From a virus, in the IMG/VR virus record IMGVR_UViG_3300045988_087374: 64,000 nt of DNA; one strand, given 5' to 3'. The notes under the pieces are model-generated. The model ran no database searches and had not been told where the DNA came from. It saw nothing but the letters and a program-made list of their open reading frames with translations. The translations under genes and the position numbers were made by a program. Positions 35,507-45,227 of this stretch are shown one piece after another. How positions within the stretch are numbered: the first letter of the stretch is position 1; the number at the start of each line of letters is the position of its first letter.

Positions 35507-35525
35507 TAAAGAATGGAGTATTTAT

Positions 35526-36125
35526 ATGAAAAAGATACCAACATTATTTGAGCGAGAATTCAAAGATCATAACGTTGTAAAGGTTCTTCCAAAAGTGCAT
35601 CCGGGTATGGAATGGGTACTTGAAGGAGAGGGGATTGCAACAGTCAAATACGACGGCTCTTGCTGTGCAGTAATTGACGGAAAATTTTATAAACGATACG
35701 ACTGCAAGAAGGGTAAAATACCACCAGAGGGATTTATTCCCTGTTGCGAACCAGATGCGATTACAGGTCATTGGCCGGGATGGTTAAAGGTTGATGAGAA
35801 TAATCCGTCTGACAAATGGTTTGTAGAAGCATATTATGTAACTTCAATGTGGACAAATCAAGGTCTTAAATTGCCGGATGGCACATATGAAGCTTACGGA
35901 AAACATTTTCATGGCAATCCGTATAATGATGATTATGATGCCTTGATAAAACATGGCAAAGAAATCGTTGAAGTCGAAAGGACATTTGAGGGGATCAAGA
36001 AATATCTTTTCGAACACGAAATAGAGGGATTAGTTTTCTGGAAAGACGGAAGCCCACAATGTAAAATCAAGCGTTCAGATTTTGGATTTGAATGGCCAGT
36101 AAAGAAGGCAAGGGAGAGTTTATGA
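35526..36125 (+). CDS. ATP-dependent RNA/DNA ligase-family nucleotidyltransferase
   Basis: ATVKYDGS = KxDG adenylation motif I. Confidence 0.55.
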   Translation: MKKIPTLFEREFKDHNVVKVLPKVHPGMEWVLEGEGIATVKYDGSCCAVIDGKFYKRYDCKKGKIPPEGFIPCCEPDAITGHWPGWLKVDENNPSDKWFVEAYYVTSMWTNQGLKLPDGTYEAYGKHFHGNPYNDDYDALIKHGKEIVEVERTFEGIKKYLFEHEIEGLVFWKDGSPQCKIKRSDFGFEWPVKKARESL

Positions 36126-36388
36126 AGAAAATATTTTTTGCTGCGTTATTATCAATGATGCTGTTTGGATTAACAGCATGTCAATCGACAACAAAGAGTT
36201 TGGGTGGGACAACCACATTAAAATTAAAACCAGGTGTAAAACTGGAAGAAATCACATGGAAAGACGATGATTTGTGGTATCTTACTCGACCAATGAGAGA
36301 TAACGAATCAGCCGAAACACATACATTTGACCAGTCAACTGATTTTGGTTTCGAAGGTCAAGTAATTATTATTGAGAAGAATAAATAA
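36122..36388 (+). CDS. lipoprotein
   Basis: signal peptide with lipobox LFGLTAC. Confidence 0.65.
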   Translation: MKKIFFAALLSMMLFGLTACQSTTKSLGGTTTLKLKPGVKLEEITWKDDDLWYLTRPMRDNESAETHTFDQSTDFGFEGQVIIIEKNK

Positions 36389-36413
36389 ATAAATCAGTCA
36401 GAGAGCCACATGA

Positions 36414-36461
36414 GAGCCAGACTAAAACCTAAAATAAGAAGGGAGGTCTGGCTCTATTTTT
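36414..36461 (+). terminator. rho-independent terminator
   Basis: 9-bp stem gagccagac/gtctggctc, then tattttt. Confidence 0.65.
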
Positions 36462-38198
36462 ATGTCAAAAATTACAGAAGGTTCGCTTGAATGGTATCGG
36501 GCAATTTTAAATCAAATCATTAATGGTGATATGACGGTCTATCAAAACCAAAAAGATTGCTTTGATCTGCTGTTAAATATGAATATTGACCTTCCTTTCA
36601 AGGATAATCCAGATGCACAGAACATGGCAATGAAAGTCAGTCGGTACGCTCATAATAAAGCTGCGAAAAAGGCAGCAGTTACAGGAAGTGGTTCATTTGA
36701 CGATTTGTACTGGCAGTATTTATTGATGGAAGCACAGAACTATCAGGTTGACAGCGGACTCCTTTACCTTGAAAAGAACCGAATCCCGAAAGAACGATTC
36801 TACGAACCACGAAGAAATGTGTTCTTACAGCATAACATCATAGGTTCACTGCAAGACCTGATGGATGACAAATTAGATATATTTGCATTAAGCGTACCTC
36901 CAGGTTGTGGTAAGAGTACTCTGGAAGATTTCTTTTTATCATTGGTAGGTGGATGGTTCCCGAATGACTTTAACCTGTCTTCGGCACACAGTAGTATTCT
37001 GACACGTTCCCTTTATGATGGTGTTCTGGAAATTATCAATGATCCCGTAGAATACACGTGGCATGAGATATTCCATAACGTAGAAATTCAAGGAACAAAT
37101 GCAAAGGAAACTACAGTCAATCTCGAAAGAAACGGACGATTTAAGACATGGACATTTCGCTCTATTGATGGTTCTTTGACTGGTGCCACTAGATGCAATA
37201 GATTCCTTACTGCCGATGACCTTGTGTCTGGTATTGAAGAAGCTTTGAACAAGAACCGACTTGATACCTTATGGACAAAAGTGGTAAATGACTTGCGTTC
37301 CCGTAGACTTGAGGGATGCAAAGAGTTTTATATTGCCACTAGATGGTCAGTACATGATCCTATCGGAAAGCTGCAACAACTATATGCCGGAAACCCACGG
37401 GCAAGGTTTATTGCAGTGCCGGCTCTTGACGAGAACGGCAAAAGTAATTTTCTGTTTACGGTAAATGGATTCTCTGAGAAATATTTCAATGATGCTAAGG
37501 AATCCATGGATGAAATTTCTTATAACTGCCTTTATCAGCAGCAACCAGTAGAACGTGAAGGATTACTTTTACCACCAGATAAACTTAAAAGGTTCTTCTT
37601 TAGTAAAGACGATGTGCCGGATGGATGCACTGACGAATATGCCATTCTTCCAAAAGAAGAAGCAGATGCGATATGGGCAGTATGCGATACGAAGGATAAA
37701 GGAACGGACTTCGAGTCTTTACCCATTGCATATCAATATGGAGATAAATTTTTCTTTCCCGACGTGGTATTCGATGATACCACAGACTATGATATTTTGG
37801 ATAAAAAGACAGCAGATATTTTGATAAGGCATAATCCGCACAAGATTCGCTTTGAATCAAATAATGTGGGAAATCGTGTCGCTCATAATATTCAAAATAT
37901 GATTAAAGGAAAATGTAGGGCAGATATTGAGACGAAGCCGACATCCGCAAATAAAGAAACAAAAATTCTTGTAAATTCTGACTATATAGCAAAACACTTT
38001 TATTTTTTACACCCAAGTCAATACAAAGCCAAGTCTGATTACGGACTATTTATGGCAAATGTAACCACATATACTACCAGAGCGAAAGTACCGCATGATG
38101 ATGGCATCGACAGTTTAGCTATGATGGCTGAGTATGTGCAAAATCCGCTTGGTGGAAAAGCAACAGCAACGCATAATCCATTTTGGGGAAGGAGGTAA
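36462..38198 (+). CDS. terL: terminase large subunit
   Basis: Walker A VPPGCGKST; size and position before the portal gene. Confidence 0.85.
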   Translation: MSKITEGSLEWYRAILNQIINGDMTVYQNQKDCFDLLLNMNIDLPFKDNPDAQNMAMKVSRYAHNKAAKKAAVTGSGSFDDLYWQYLLMEAQNYQVDSGLLYLEKNRIPKERFYEPRRNVFLQHNIIGSLQDLMDDKLDIFALSVPPGCGKSTLEDFFLSLVGGWFPNDFNLSSAHSSILTRSLYDGVLEIINDPVEYTWHEIFHNVEIQGTNAKETTVNLERNGRFKTWTFRSIDGSLTGATRCNRFLTADDLVSGIEEALNKNRLDTLWTKVVNDLRSRRLEGCKEFYIATRWSVHDPIGKLQQLYAGNPRARFIAVPALDENGKSNFLFTVNGFSEKYFNDAKESMDEISYNCLYQQQPVEREGLLLPPDKLKRFFFSKDDVPDGCTDEYAILPKEEADAIWAVCDTKDKGTDFESLPIAYQYGDKFFFPDVVFDDTTDYDILDKKTADILIRHNPHKIRFESNNVGNRVAHNIQNMIKGKCRADIETKPTSANKETKILVNSDYIAKHFYFLHPSQYKAKSDYGLFMANVTTYTTRAKVPHDDGIDSLAMMAEYVQNPLGGKATATHNPFWGRR

Positions 38199-38202
38199 AA
38201 TA

Positions 38203-38625
38203 AGGAATACAAGGGAATACCTGAATCAAATTCAACGTTACGAGAAAATCATTCACAATAAGTACATAGAGCGAGAACAATTAAGATCCCATGCAACTGG
38301 TCTGAAATCTTTCTGCTACGAATCAGAACGGGTGCAGACATCCGGCAGTCATGACATGATAGGCGATTTGGTGGCAAAGATTGTTGATCTGGAAGCTGAA
38401 ATCATAAGCATTACAAATGAGTACATGGACAAGAGAATGGAAATTATCCACTTAATTGATTCCGTGGAGAGTCCGGTTCTGTACGAGATTCTTTTCAAAA
38501 AATACATTAAAGGTAAACCACTGGATGTGATCGCTGATGAAATTGGATATTCCTATCAGCGAACCAAGGAGCTACATTTATGTGCTATTGAAACCGTAAA
38601 GGAACTTGGACGTTTTGATTCCTAA
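38203..38625 (+). CDS. sigma-region-4/ArpU-RinA-like late regulator; proposed AGG start (alternative: SD-less ATG 38134)
   Basis: GGAGG 38191-38195, 7-nt spacer, AGG 38203 in frame; C-terminal HTH DVIADEIGYSYQRTKELHL. Confidence 0.5.
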   Translation, partial: RNTREYLNQIQRYEKIIHNKYIEREQLRSHATGLKSFCYESERVQTSGSHDMIGDLVAKIVDLEAEIISITNEYMDKRMEIIHLIDSVESPVLYEILFKKYIKGKPLDVIADEIGYSYQRTKELHLCAIETVKELGRFDS

Positions 38626-38686
38626 AACATCATACTGAAACATACTTAAAAATGTAATATAATGTAAGGTGTAAGAATACATGAAA

Positions 38687-38716
38687 GCATCGGAGAAAAA
38701 TCTTCGGTGCTTTTTT
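38687..38716 (+). terminator. rho-independent terminator
   Basis: 10-bp stem, aaaa loop, tttttt. Confidence 0.7.
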
Positions 38717-38717
38717 C

Positions 38718-40178
38718 ATGCCTAAAAAGGAGGACGGGGCAGTGGCAAGAAATAAATCAAAGTATATCGACCTCTGCCAAGGTGAATTTGGCAGAAAGGT
38801 AGCTTATACCGGAGTGAGCAGAATTACACCTAATAACGTCTTGAAAGTAATTGCAGATACCATCGGCACTCACAACAGGAACCGGACAATGATTGACTAT
38901 CTGTACAGATATTACAAAGGAGACCAACCAGTCCTGTACAGAGAAAAACAAGTCAGACCGGAAATCAACAATAAAGTATGTGAGAATCATGCACTTGAAG
39001 TTGTACGTTTTAAGGCATCTCAGACTTATGGTGAACCAATTCAGTTCGTCTGTAAGAAAAAGAATGCAAGTGAAGAAACCAATGCACAGGTGGACTTGTT
39101 CAACGATTATCTGGACGAAGCCAACGCAGAAGCCAGAAACATTGAGTTAGGAACATATCAAAGTGCTGTGGGAACTGCATACAAGTGTATTCTTCGCGAA
39201 GAGGACTGGACAAGCGACTCAGATATGCCACCGTTCAGATTATTCATTCCGTATCCTGGAGATTGTTACATCGTATATTCCAGAAATACCGGTAAACCAA
39301 TGCTTTCCGTGCAGATACTGAAAGATGAAGAGAATCAGCAGTATTATCAGTGCTATTCAAGGGCACAATACTTTATCATTCAGAACGGTAAAATCACAAC
39401 TTCGGGGCTGAATGGTTTTGGAGAAATCCCGATTGTTGAATATCCAAATAACCATGACAGGCTGTCAGATATTGAGATCGCAATAACTATGTTCGATACA
39501 ATCAACGTCATGCAATCAAACCGCATGGACGGAGTTGAACAGTTTGTGCAAGCATTCATGAAATTCAAAAACTGTGAAGTTGATGAAAATGAGTTCCTGA
39601 AGATGGTGAAACTGGGAGCTATATCCGTAAAAGACACAGGATCCGGTTGCCAGTCAGATGTAGAATTAATGACCGCGGAACTGAACCAGTCCGAAAGCCA
39701 AGTTGCAAAGGACGATATTTACAGCAATATGTTGATTGTTGAGGGGATGCCGGACAGACAGCAGAATACAGGCGGAGATACCGGACAGGCAGTATATCTT
39801 CGTAATGGTTGGGATTTTGCAGAACGTAGAGCCAAACTTGACGAACCATTTATCCGTGAAGCTGAGAAAATGTCTGCAAGAATCATTCTAAAGATCATAC
39901 GTAATACCACCGGTGATATAAAACTTTCCACCAGAGATTTTGATGTAAAGATTACCAGAAATCCAACAGACAATATGCTTGTTAAAGCACAGGCACTGGA
40001 TTATCTGGTTAAGAACAAGATACATCCGCTCATTGCATTGATTACTTGTGGATTATTTAGTGACCCGCAGAAAGTATACGAAATGAGTTTTCCGTATATG
40101 CAATCTTTGTACGAGAATCCAGAAGAGGAAGTGCAGAAAGCACAAGCCTTGCTTACTAAGGATGTGGTTACTGAATGA
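38718..40178 (+). CDS. portal protein (SPP1 gp6-like); start may be GTG 38742
   Basis: size and position; AAGGAGG RBS lies inside the first 24 nt of the track ORF. Confidence 0.8.
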   Translation: MPKKEDGAVARNKSKYIDLCQGEFGRKVAYTGVSRITPNNVLKVIADTIGTHNRNRTMIDYLYRYYKGDQPVLYREKQVRPEINNKVCENHALEVVRFKASQTYGEPIQFVCKKKNASEETNAQVDLFNDYLDEANAEARNIELGTYQSAVGTAYKCILREEDWTSDSDMPPFRLFIPYPGDCYIVYSRNTGKPMLSVQILKDEENQQYYQCYSRAQYFIIQNGKITTSGLNGFGEIPIVEYPNNHDRLSDIEIAITMFDTINVMQSNRMDGVEQFVQAFMKFKNCEVDENEFLKMVKLGAISVKDTGSGCQSDVELMTAELNQSESQVAKDDIYSNMLIVEGMPDRQQNTGGDTGQAVYLRNGWDFAERRAKLDEPFIREAEKMSARIILKIIRNTTGDIKLSTRDFDVKITRNPTDNMLVKAQALDYLVKNKIHPLIALITCGLFSDPQKVYEMSFPYMQSLYENPEEEVQKAQALLTKDVVTE

Positions 40179-40810
40179 GTTCGGTAATGAAATTTGACAA
40201 AATCAACGCGTTGGATTCGAACAGGCGGAGTGAGCCGTACAAAGAGTATTTCGACAAAATGTCTATTTCTGATAAGCAAAAGAAACTGAGGATAGCTTTT
40301 TCCGAACAGATGGAAGAAGTTATCCTTTATATTTTATCACTGATAGAAACAATGATCGAAAGCGAATCCATTGACCAGAAATATGTAGAAGATGAGTTGC
40401 TTGAACGGTACCTTCTGATAGCAGCTACTTATTTTCCCGTAGATGATTACATCACGGATTACGCAAGGCAGTTTGCCCATGAAGTCGTGCGGGCAACTTT
40501 TGACCATACCGATGAAGAATATTATCTTTCCAAAGACAGGGCAATGTTTATTTCTGAATGTGAAGCCAATACTTCACTCAATTATAAAGAATATACAGAT
40601 GCAATCAAAGCAGGAAAGACCCTCAAGACATGGAAAGATGTCGGGGACAAGAGAGAACGAAAAACACACCTCGAAGTTGGCGGAACGACAATTCCTATCA
40701 GGGAATTATTTGCAGTTGGTGACAGTCTGATGCTTTTTCCAAAAGACAGCTCAGCCGGAGCCACCTCGAAGGAAATTGTGAACTGTCGCTGTTCAATTGA
40801 ATACAGTTAA
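40175..40810 (+). CDS. head morphogenesis protein (SPP1 gp7 / Mu F-like)
   Basis: position after the portal gene; C-terminal VNCRCSIEY. Confidence 0.7.
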   Translation: MSSVMKFDKINALDSNRRSEPYKEYFDKMSISDKQKKLRIAFSEQMEEVILYILSLIETMIESESIDQKYVEDELLERYLLIAATYFPVDDYITDYARQFAHEVVRATFDHTDEEYYLSKDRAMFISECEANTSLNYKEYTDAIKAGKTLKTWKDVGDKRERKTHLEVGGTTIPIRELFAVGDSLMLFPKDSSAGATSKEIVNCRCSIEYS

Positions 40811-40936
40811 TTAGGAGACGAGAAATCGTCTCTTTTTTATTACACAAAAATAAATGCAACCCGAAAGCGTGAACATGGGAGACACCTTGTGCTGAGCGAA
40901 CAGCGTTAAAAAGCGTATTGGTGATAGGAGATTTCA

Positions 40937-41563
40937 ATGACAAGAGAAGATGTTAAAAAAATTTTTCCAGAAGCAACCGACGAGCAGATTACTTCTTTTC
41001 TGAATCAGTCCAATTCTGATGTGGCTAGAGAAAAAGCAAAAGCCCAGAAGATGAAAGAGGATGCGGAGAAAGCAAAAGCACTGGAAGAAGAACTGGAAGA
41101 ACTGAAAAAACAGAACATGAGCGAAGCCGAGAAAGCAGAACTGGAACGCCAGAAAGAAAAGGCAGCAAACGAGAAAAGAATCTCTGATCTCGAATCTGCA
41201 CTTGCAACTTCGCAAAGAGAGGCACTCGTAGGAAAGATTACTTCTATTTTTGCTACCGCAGGAATGAAAGGAGATGCCTACACAGGGGCAATCAAAGCGT
41301 TTTCCAACATGAAAGCAGATGATGCTCTCAAAGAAGCACAGGCATTTGTCGATGGAATTTCCGCAGAAAATAAAACCGCTCTTGATACTGCAAAAGCCAC
41401 ATGGGAGAAAGAAGCCCTCGAAAGAACACCAAATCCGGGCGGCGGAACTGGTGACGGCAAAACAGAAAAGAAGAGTGAAGCATCCGAATATGCAAAAGCG
41501 TACTCAGCAAGAATGAACCCAGAAATCAAACCGGCGGACGATAACACACCGGTAAATATTTAA
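40937..41563 (+). CDS. scaffolding protein
   Basis: charged coiled-coil E/K-rich, immediately before the capsid genes. Confidence 0.65.
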   Translation: MTREDVKKIFPEATDEQITSFLNQSNSDVAREKAKAQKMKEDAEKAKALEEELEELKKQNMSEAEKAELERQKEKAANEKRISDLESALATSQREALVGKITSIFATAGMKGDAYTGAIKAFSNMKADDALKEAQAFVDGISAENKTALDTAKATWEKEALERTPNPGGGTGDGKTEKKSEASEYAKAYSARMNPEIKPADDNTPVNI

Positions 41564-41586
41564 TTCAAGTAAAGGAGATTTAGATT

Positions 41587-41931
41587 ATGGCTTTTATGAA
41601 AACAGAGCAGTACGAATCCACCCCAAACATTCTCGAATCTGAGGTTGGACTGGTACTTAAAACTTACACAGCAGATCAGACAAATGCCGAAACCGTTGGA
41701 ACTAAGAAAATCATCAAAGCAGGTTCCGTATATCCAACAAATGCAACCGGTGCAAAAGGAATCGTATTTGAAGATGTTGACATGACAGACGATGCAAAGA
41801 GACCAATTTCCGTAATTGTTGCAGGACGTGTTCTTGAAAAGAGACTTCCAGTAACTGTCGATACTACTGCAAAAACAGAACTCGAAAAAGCGGGAATCGT
41901 ATTCGTAACCACTACAGATCCAGAATTTTAA
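41587..41931 (+). CDS. possible head decoration protein
   Basis: 114 aa directly upstream of the major capsid gene. Confidence 0.4.
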   Translation: MAFMKTEQYESTPNILESEVGLVLKTYTADQTNAETVGTKKIIKAGSVYPTNATGAKGIVFEDVDMTDDAKRPISVIVAGRVLEKRLPVTVDTTAKTELEKAGIVFVTTTDPEF

Positions 41932-41944
41932 GGAGGTATAACAG

Positions 41945-42982
41945 ATGCCATTTAATGTATTAGAATCAATTACACAGGAAGAAAGATTTAACTTCTCTCA
42001 GGATTTCAGCGTAAAAAGACCGGGCATTCTTGATACCATTTTCCCGGATGTCAAAACCCAGTACCTGAAAGCTGAATACTACAGACTTATGGCCGGACAG
42101 CGACTGCCAGAGGTAGCATTTGTTCATGCACTTGATACCGAGGCAGAGATCGGCTCCAGACCGGGATTCGAAAAAGTGCTGACTGAAAAACTCTTCATCA
42201 AGAGAAAAATCAATCAGTCTGAGAGATTACAGCAGGCAATTGAAAATGGTGTGCCGGACGATGAACGTCTGAAGAGATTTGTATTCGATGATGCAGCCAA
42301 CCTGTTCGAAGGCGTTATTGCCAGAGCAAATGTTATGAAAGGCCAGTTCCTTTCTACAGGTGCCGTAAAAGTCAAAGAAAACAATGTAGATCTGAATATT
42401 GATTACGGCGTACCGACTGGTGCAAAAGTCACTCTTACAGACTGGTCTAGTCCAGATGCGGACATCATGGGTGATATTCAGAAGATGGTTGCAGTTGCAG
42501 AGGACAACGGTTTTGTTGTAAATAAGGCACTCACATCCCTCAAGATGATTAACTACATGAGAAACAATACTGCTATGCAGACAGCAGTTCTGGGAGCGGC
42601 AAATAAACGGCTCCTGACAAAACAGGAACTTGTAAACCTCATCATGCAGGAATATGGATTTACCATTGATCGCTGTGATGAGAAATTCAGATACAGAAAA
42701 GCAGATGGAACACTGAAAACCGGAAGATACTTCAAAGAAGATGTATTTACCCTGTATGAATCCGAAGCAAATGGTTCTTTCGGTACAGGACTCTGGGGCG
42801 TTACACCTGAGGAACTTGAATACAGACAGTTCGTTCAGGAAGAAAACCGTTCTTTCGTAACACTGTCCATGTGGGCTACACAGGATCCGGTTGCAGTATG
42901 GACAAAAGCATCCGGTATGTTCGTTCCTGTTGCACCAAAAGCCAACGGAGGTATCGTGATCGGTACCAAAGCGGGGGAATAA
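41945..42982 (+). CDS. major capsid protein (lambda gpE-like family)
   Basis: 345 aa, position, strong AAGGAGG RBS. Confidence 0.8.
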   Translation: MPFNVLESITQEERFNFSQDFSVKRPGILDTIFPDVKTQYLKAEYYRLMAGQRLPEVAFVHALDTEAEIGSRPGFEKVLTEKLFIKRKINQSERLQQAIENGVPDDERLKRFVFDDAANLFEGVIARANVMKGQFLSTGAVKVKENNVDLNIDYGVPTGAKVTLTDWSSPDADIMGDIQKMVAVAEDNGFVVNKALTSLKMINYMRNNTAMQTAVLGAANKRLLTKQELVNLIMQEYGFTIDRCDEKFRYRKADGTLKTGRYFKEDVFTLYESEANGSFGTGLWGVTPEELEYRQFVQEENRSFVTLSMWATQDPVAVWTKASGMFVPVAPKANGGIVIGTKAGE

Positions 42983-43077
42983 GCGGGCATAGTCTTGAAA
43001 AAGACAGCCAGTCACCATCTGTAGCGAGTGCAGATGATACATCAACACACAAGTATACAGAAAGCGAGTTGTCCAAC

Positions 43078-43182
43078 ATGACAGTGGTTCAGTTGAGACA
43101 GCTTGCGAGTGGCAACGGCTATGCCCTGTCCGCAACAAACAAGGCTGGTATTATCACGGAAATCCTGTCTCAGCAAGGGTAG
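43078..43182 (+). CDS. small HeH/Rho-N-like motif peptide (start uncertain)
   Basis: MTVVQLRQLASGNGYALSATNKAGIITEIL. Confidence 0.3.
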   Translation: MTVVQLRQLASGNGYALSATNKAGIITEILSQQG

Positions 43183-43192
43183 GTGATTATGA

Positions 43193-43519
43193 ATGAACGA
43201 AGAACTTGTAAATGATCTGACGGTTTATTTAGCTGATGAAGCAGATTCGCCCGAGATAATTCTCTTTTCTGTGAAGCGTGCAATTCGTTCATTCAAGAAG
43301 AAAAGAAATTATCCGTCAAGTTATACAGAGGAAAAAATAAACAGCGATATGGAAAGCTGCTATGATTGCATCTTCGATTTGGCTCTTTACTTTCTGGCAA
43401 AGCAGGGGGCTGAATTTCAATCATCCCATTCTGAATCATCCGTAAACAGAGGATGGAATTCAGAGACGGATATATTTGTCAATCATGGCGTTTTTCCATT
43501 TGCAAGCGGTTTAGGTTGA
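43193..43519 (+). CDS. head-tail connector (gp6-like)
   Basis: 108 aa, position after the capsid gene. Confidence 0.55.
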   Translation: MNEELVNDLTVYLADEADSPEIILFSVKRAIRSFKKKRNYPSSYTEEKINSDMESCYDCIFDLALYFLAKQGAEFQSSHSESSVNRGWNSETDIFVNHGVFPFASGLG

Positions 43520-43631
43520 ATAGATGGGACGGAACGTAACTCGCTCTTCCTCCCGGCGGGTTGCAGGGTTGCTCTTTTAAAGCAGGGAATGAGCAAAAAA
43601 TCTGATAGGGAGAGAAAGAAAGGAACTGGCG

Positions 43632-43937
43632 ATGGGATGTGAACATGAATGTTTTAATGAACACCGCTTCGAAGAAATTGAAAAAAGTATTCATGATATG
43701 CAGGAAAAGCAGTCTGAAAGGCACAAAGAATTTTATTCAAGAATTAATAAGCTCGAACAGCAGACCGCCCTGTATAGCAATGACTTAGATCATATCAAAG
43801 AAACAGTCGATGAGATGAACAACAATTTAAAAATCCTCATGGCAGTCCCCAGCAAACGTTATGACACCATTATTGTGTGTGTTATTACTACCGTTGTTGG
43901 AGCGATTGTGGGTTTTGCACTAAGCGGTATTTTTTAA
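43632..43937 (+). CDS. XhlA-like coiled-coil protein with C-terminal TM
   Basis: architecture: Cys pair, coiled coil, TM IIVCVITTVVGAIVGFALSGIF. Confidence 0.45.
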   Translation: MGCEHECFNEHRFEEIEKSIHDMQEKQSERHKEFYSRINKLEQQTALYSNDLDHIKETVDEMNNNLKILMAVPSKRYDTIIVCVITTVVGAIVGFALSGIF

Positions 43938-43967
43938 CTTCCACTTGTAAGGGAGGATGGTGGAGTT

Positions 43968-44180
43968 ATGGATTATAAGGATTTTACTGAAAGCGAAAGA
44001 AAATTTTATCTGCAAGAAGCAGGTTTTAACAGTCGCGAAGAAAAATTATTCCGATTACGGGTTTATGGCGAGAAAACACTGTGGGAAGCATCTGAACTGA
44101 TGGGGTACAGTCCAAGAACCATAGACCGGATTAACAATCGAATAAAGAAGAAAATAACAAAGGTTGCCCCGATGTATTAA
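43968..44180 (+). CDS. small sigma-70 region-4-type HTH protein
   Basis: LWEASELMGYSPRTIDRINNRIKKKI. Confidence 0.5.
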   Translation: MDYKDFTESERKFYLQEAGFNSREEKLFRLRVYGEKTLWEASELMGYSPRTIDRINNRIKKKITKVAPMY

Positions 44181-44193
44181 GTCGGGGTTTTTC
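44166..44193 (+). terminator. rho-independent terminator
   Basis: ccccga/tcgggg stem, then ttttt. Confidence 0.7.
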
Positions 44194-44229
44194 TTTGTAT
44201 TATGGCGAAAACGTGGCGAAATAGTGACG

Positions 44230-44258
44230 TTCAAAAACAGAGTTCCTTCCTATATAAT
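44230..44258 (+). promoter_or_regulatory. sigma-70-like promoter of the low-complexity cassette
   Basis: TTCAAA, 17-nt spacer, TATAAT. Confidence 0.5.
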
Positions 44259-44379
44259 ATAATCATAGGAGAAAACACAATGATTATGTTAAGAAACCCT
44301 TACGAGGGTATATGGGAAAAGCATCGTTCCATAGATGATATGGACATGATTCTGGAATCCCGAACAGGAGGAATAGATT

Positions 44380-44889
44380 ATGGCAGGTTATCCGTATTAT
44401 CCGCAACAGCCAATGGTAAACAGCCCATACGGGCAAATACAGCCGTATCAGGACAGGCTGGCACAATTGCAGAATAATTACCAACAGGCAATGCCTTATG
44501 GTCAAATACAGATGCAACAGCCAATACAACAGGTTCCACAGATTGCCATGTTACAAGGGCAGATGGTTGATGGGATTGATACTGTAAAAGCAAAGGACGT
44601 TGATATGTCTGGCAGTCCTGTTTACTATCCAAAAACAGACGGAACAGAAATATACAAAAAGCAATTACAGGCAGACGGAAGAAGCAGGATTTTTGTTTAC
44701 CGACTTGTAAATCCAGACGAACAGCAGCCACCGAAGCAGGAAGAAAAACAGATTGACATTGAGTCTATGTTTAATCAGCTTCGGAATGATGTTTGCTCTG
44801 AGATTTCTGGAATAAAAGATTTGCTACCGACACAAATATCGGTTACAAATGATTCCCCAAGACAGCAGAACGGAGGTAAGCAGAGATGA
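44380..44889 (+). CDS. Q/P/Y-rich protein
   Basis: AGGAGG RBS; N-terminus YPYYPQQPMVNSPYGQIQPYQ... Confidence 0.55.
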   Translation: MAGYPYYPQQPMVNSPYGQIQPYQDRLAQLQNNYQQAMPYGQIQMQQPIQQVPQIAMLQGQMVDGIDTVKAKDVDMSGSPVYYPKTDGTEIYKKQLQADGRSRIFVYRLVNPDEQQPPKQEEKQIDIESMFNQLRNDVCSEISGIKDLLPTQISVTNDSPRQQNGGKQR

Positions 44890-45131
44890 GTTTCAACCCA
44901 AACGCCATGATGAAAAAGCAATTTGAAAAAATGATTTCTCAGAGGTTCGGAAGTGTTGATAACATGATGAACGATATGAGTAAATTTGCAGGAAATAATC
45001 CGACATTGAAAAATGCATTGGATTTATACAAAAAAGGTGATACAGATCAATTACATCAAATACAGCAAAATGTATTTAATGAAAAGCACTTATCACCAGA
45101 CGGAATTATCCAGAAATTCCTTGGATTATAA
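44886..45131 (+). CDS. hypothetical protein
   Basis: 81 aa, coupled start. Confidence 0.5.
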   Translation: MSFNPNAMMKKQFEKMISQRFGSVDNMMNDMSKFAGNNPTLKNALDLYKKGDTDQLHQIQQNVFNEKHLSPDGIIQKFLGL

Positions 45132-45227
45132 CATTTCCCCATAATTGGGTGATTAAAAATCGCTACAATTTGGGACGACAGCCGCGGATGTCTCCTATTG
45201 TAAATAAAATTTAAGGAGACTAAAAAC

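Noticed and set aside
36444-36464. AGG start for terL (in-frame AGG 36444)
   Set aside because: That AGG is part of the GGGAGG inside the terminator stem and has no SD upstream of it. ATG 36462 is available, so it is not counted as an AGG-start case.
42227-43138. 303-aa minus-strand ORF
   Set aside because: It is antisense to the major capsid gene inside a strictly rightward late operon. It is Cys/His-rich junk composition with no RBS.
44202-44477. 91-aa track ORF upstream of and overlapping the Q-rich gene
   Set aside because: It starts inside the promoter region, has no RBS at 44202, and overlaps the RBS-supported start at 44380. At most a short leader peptide from ATG 44279 is plausible.
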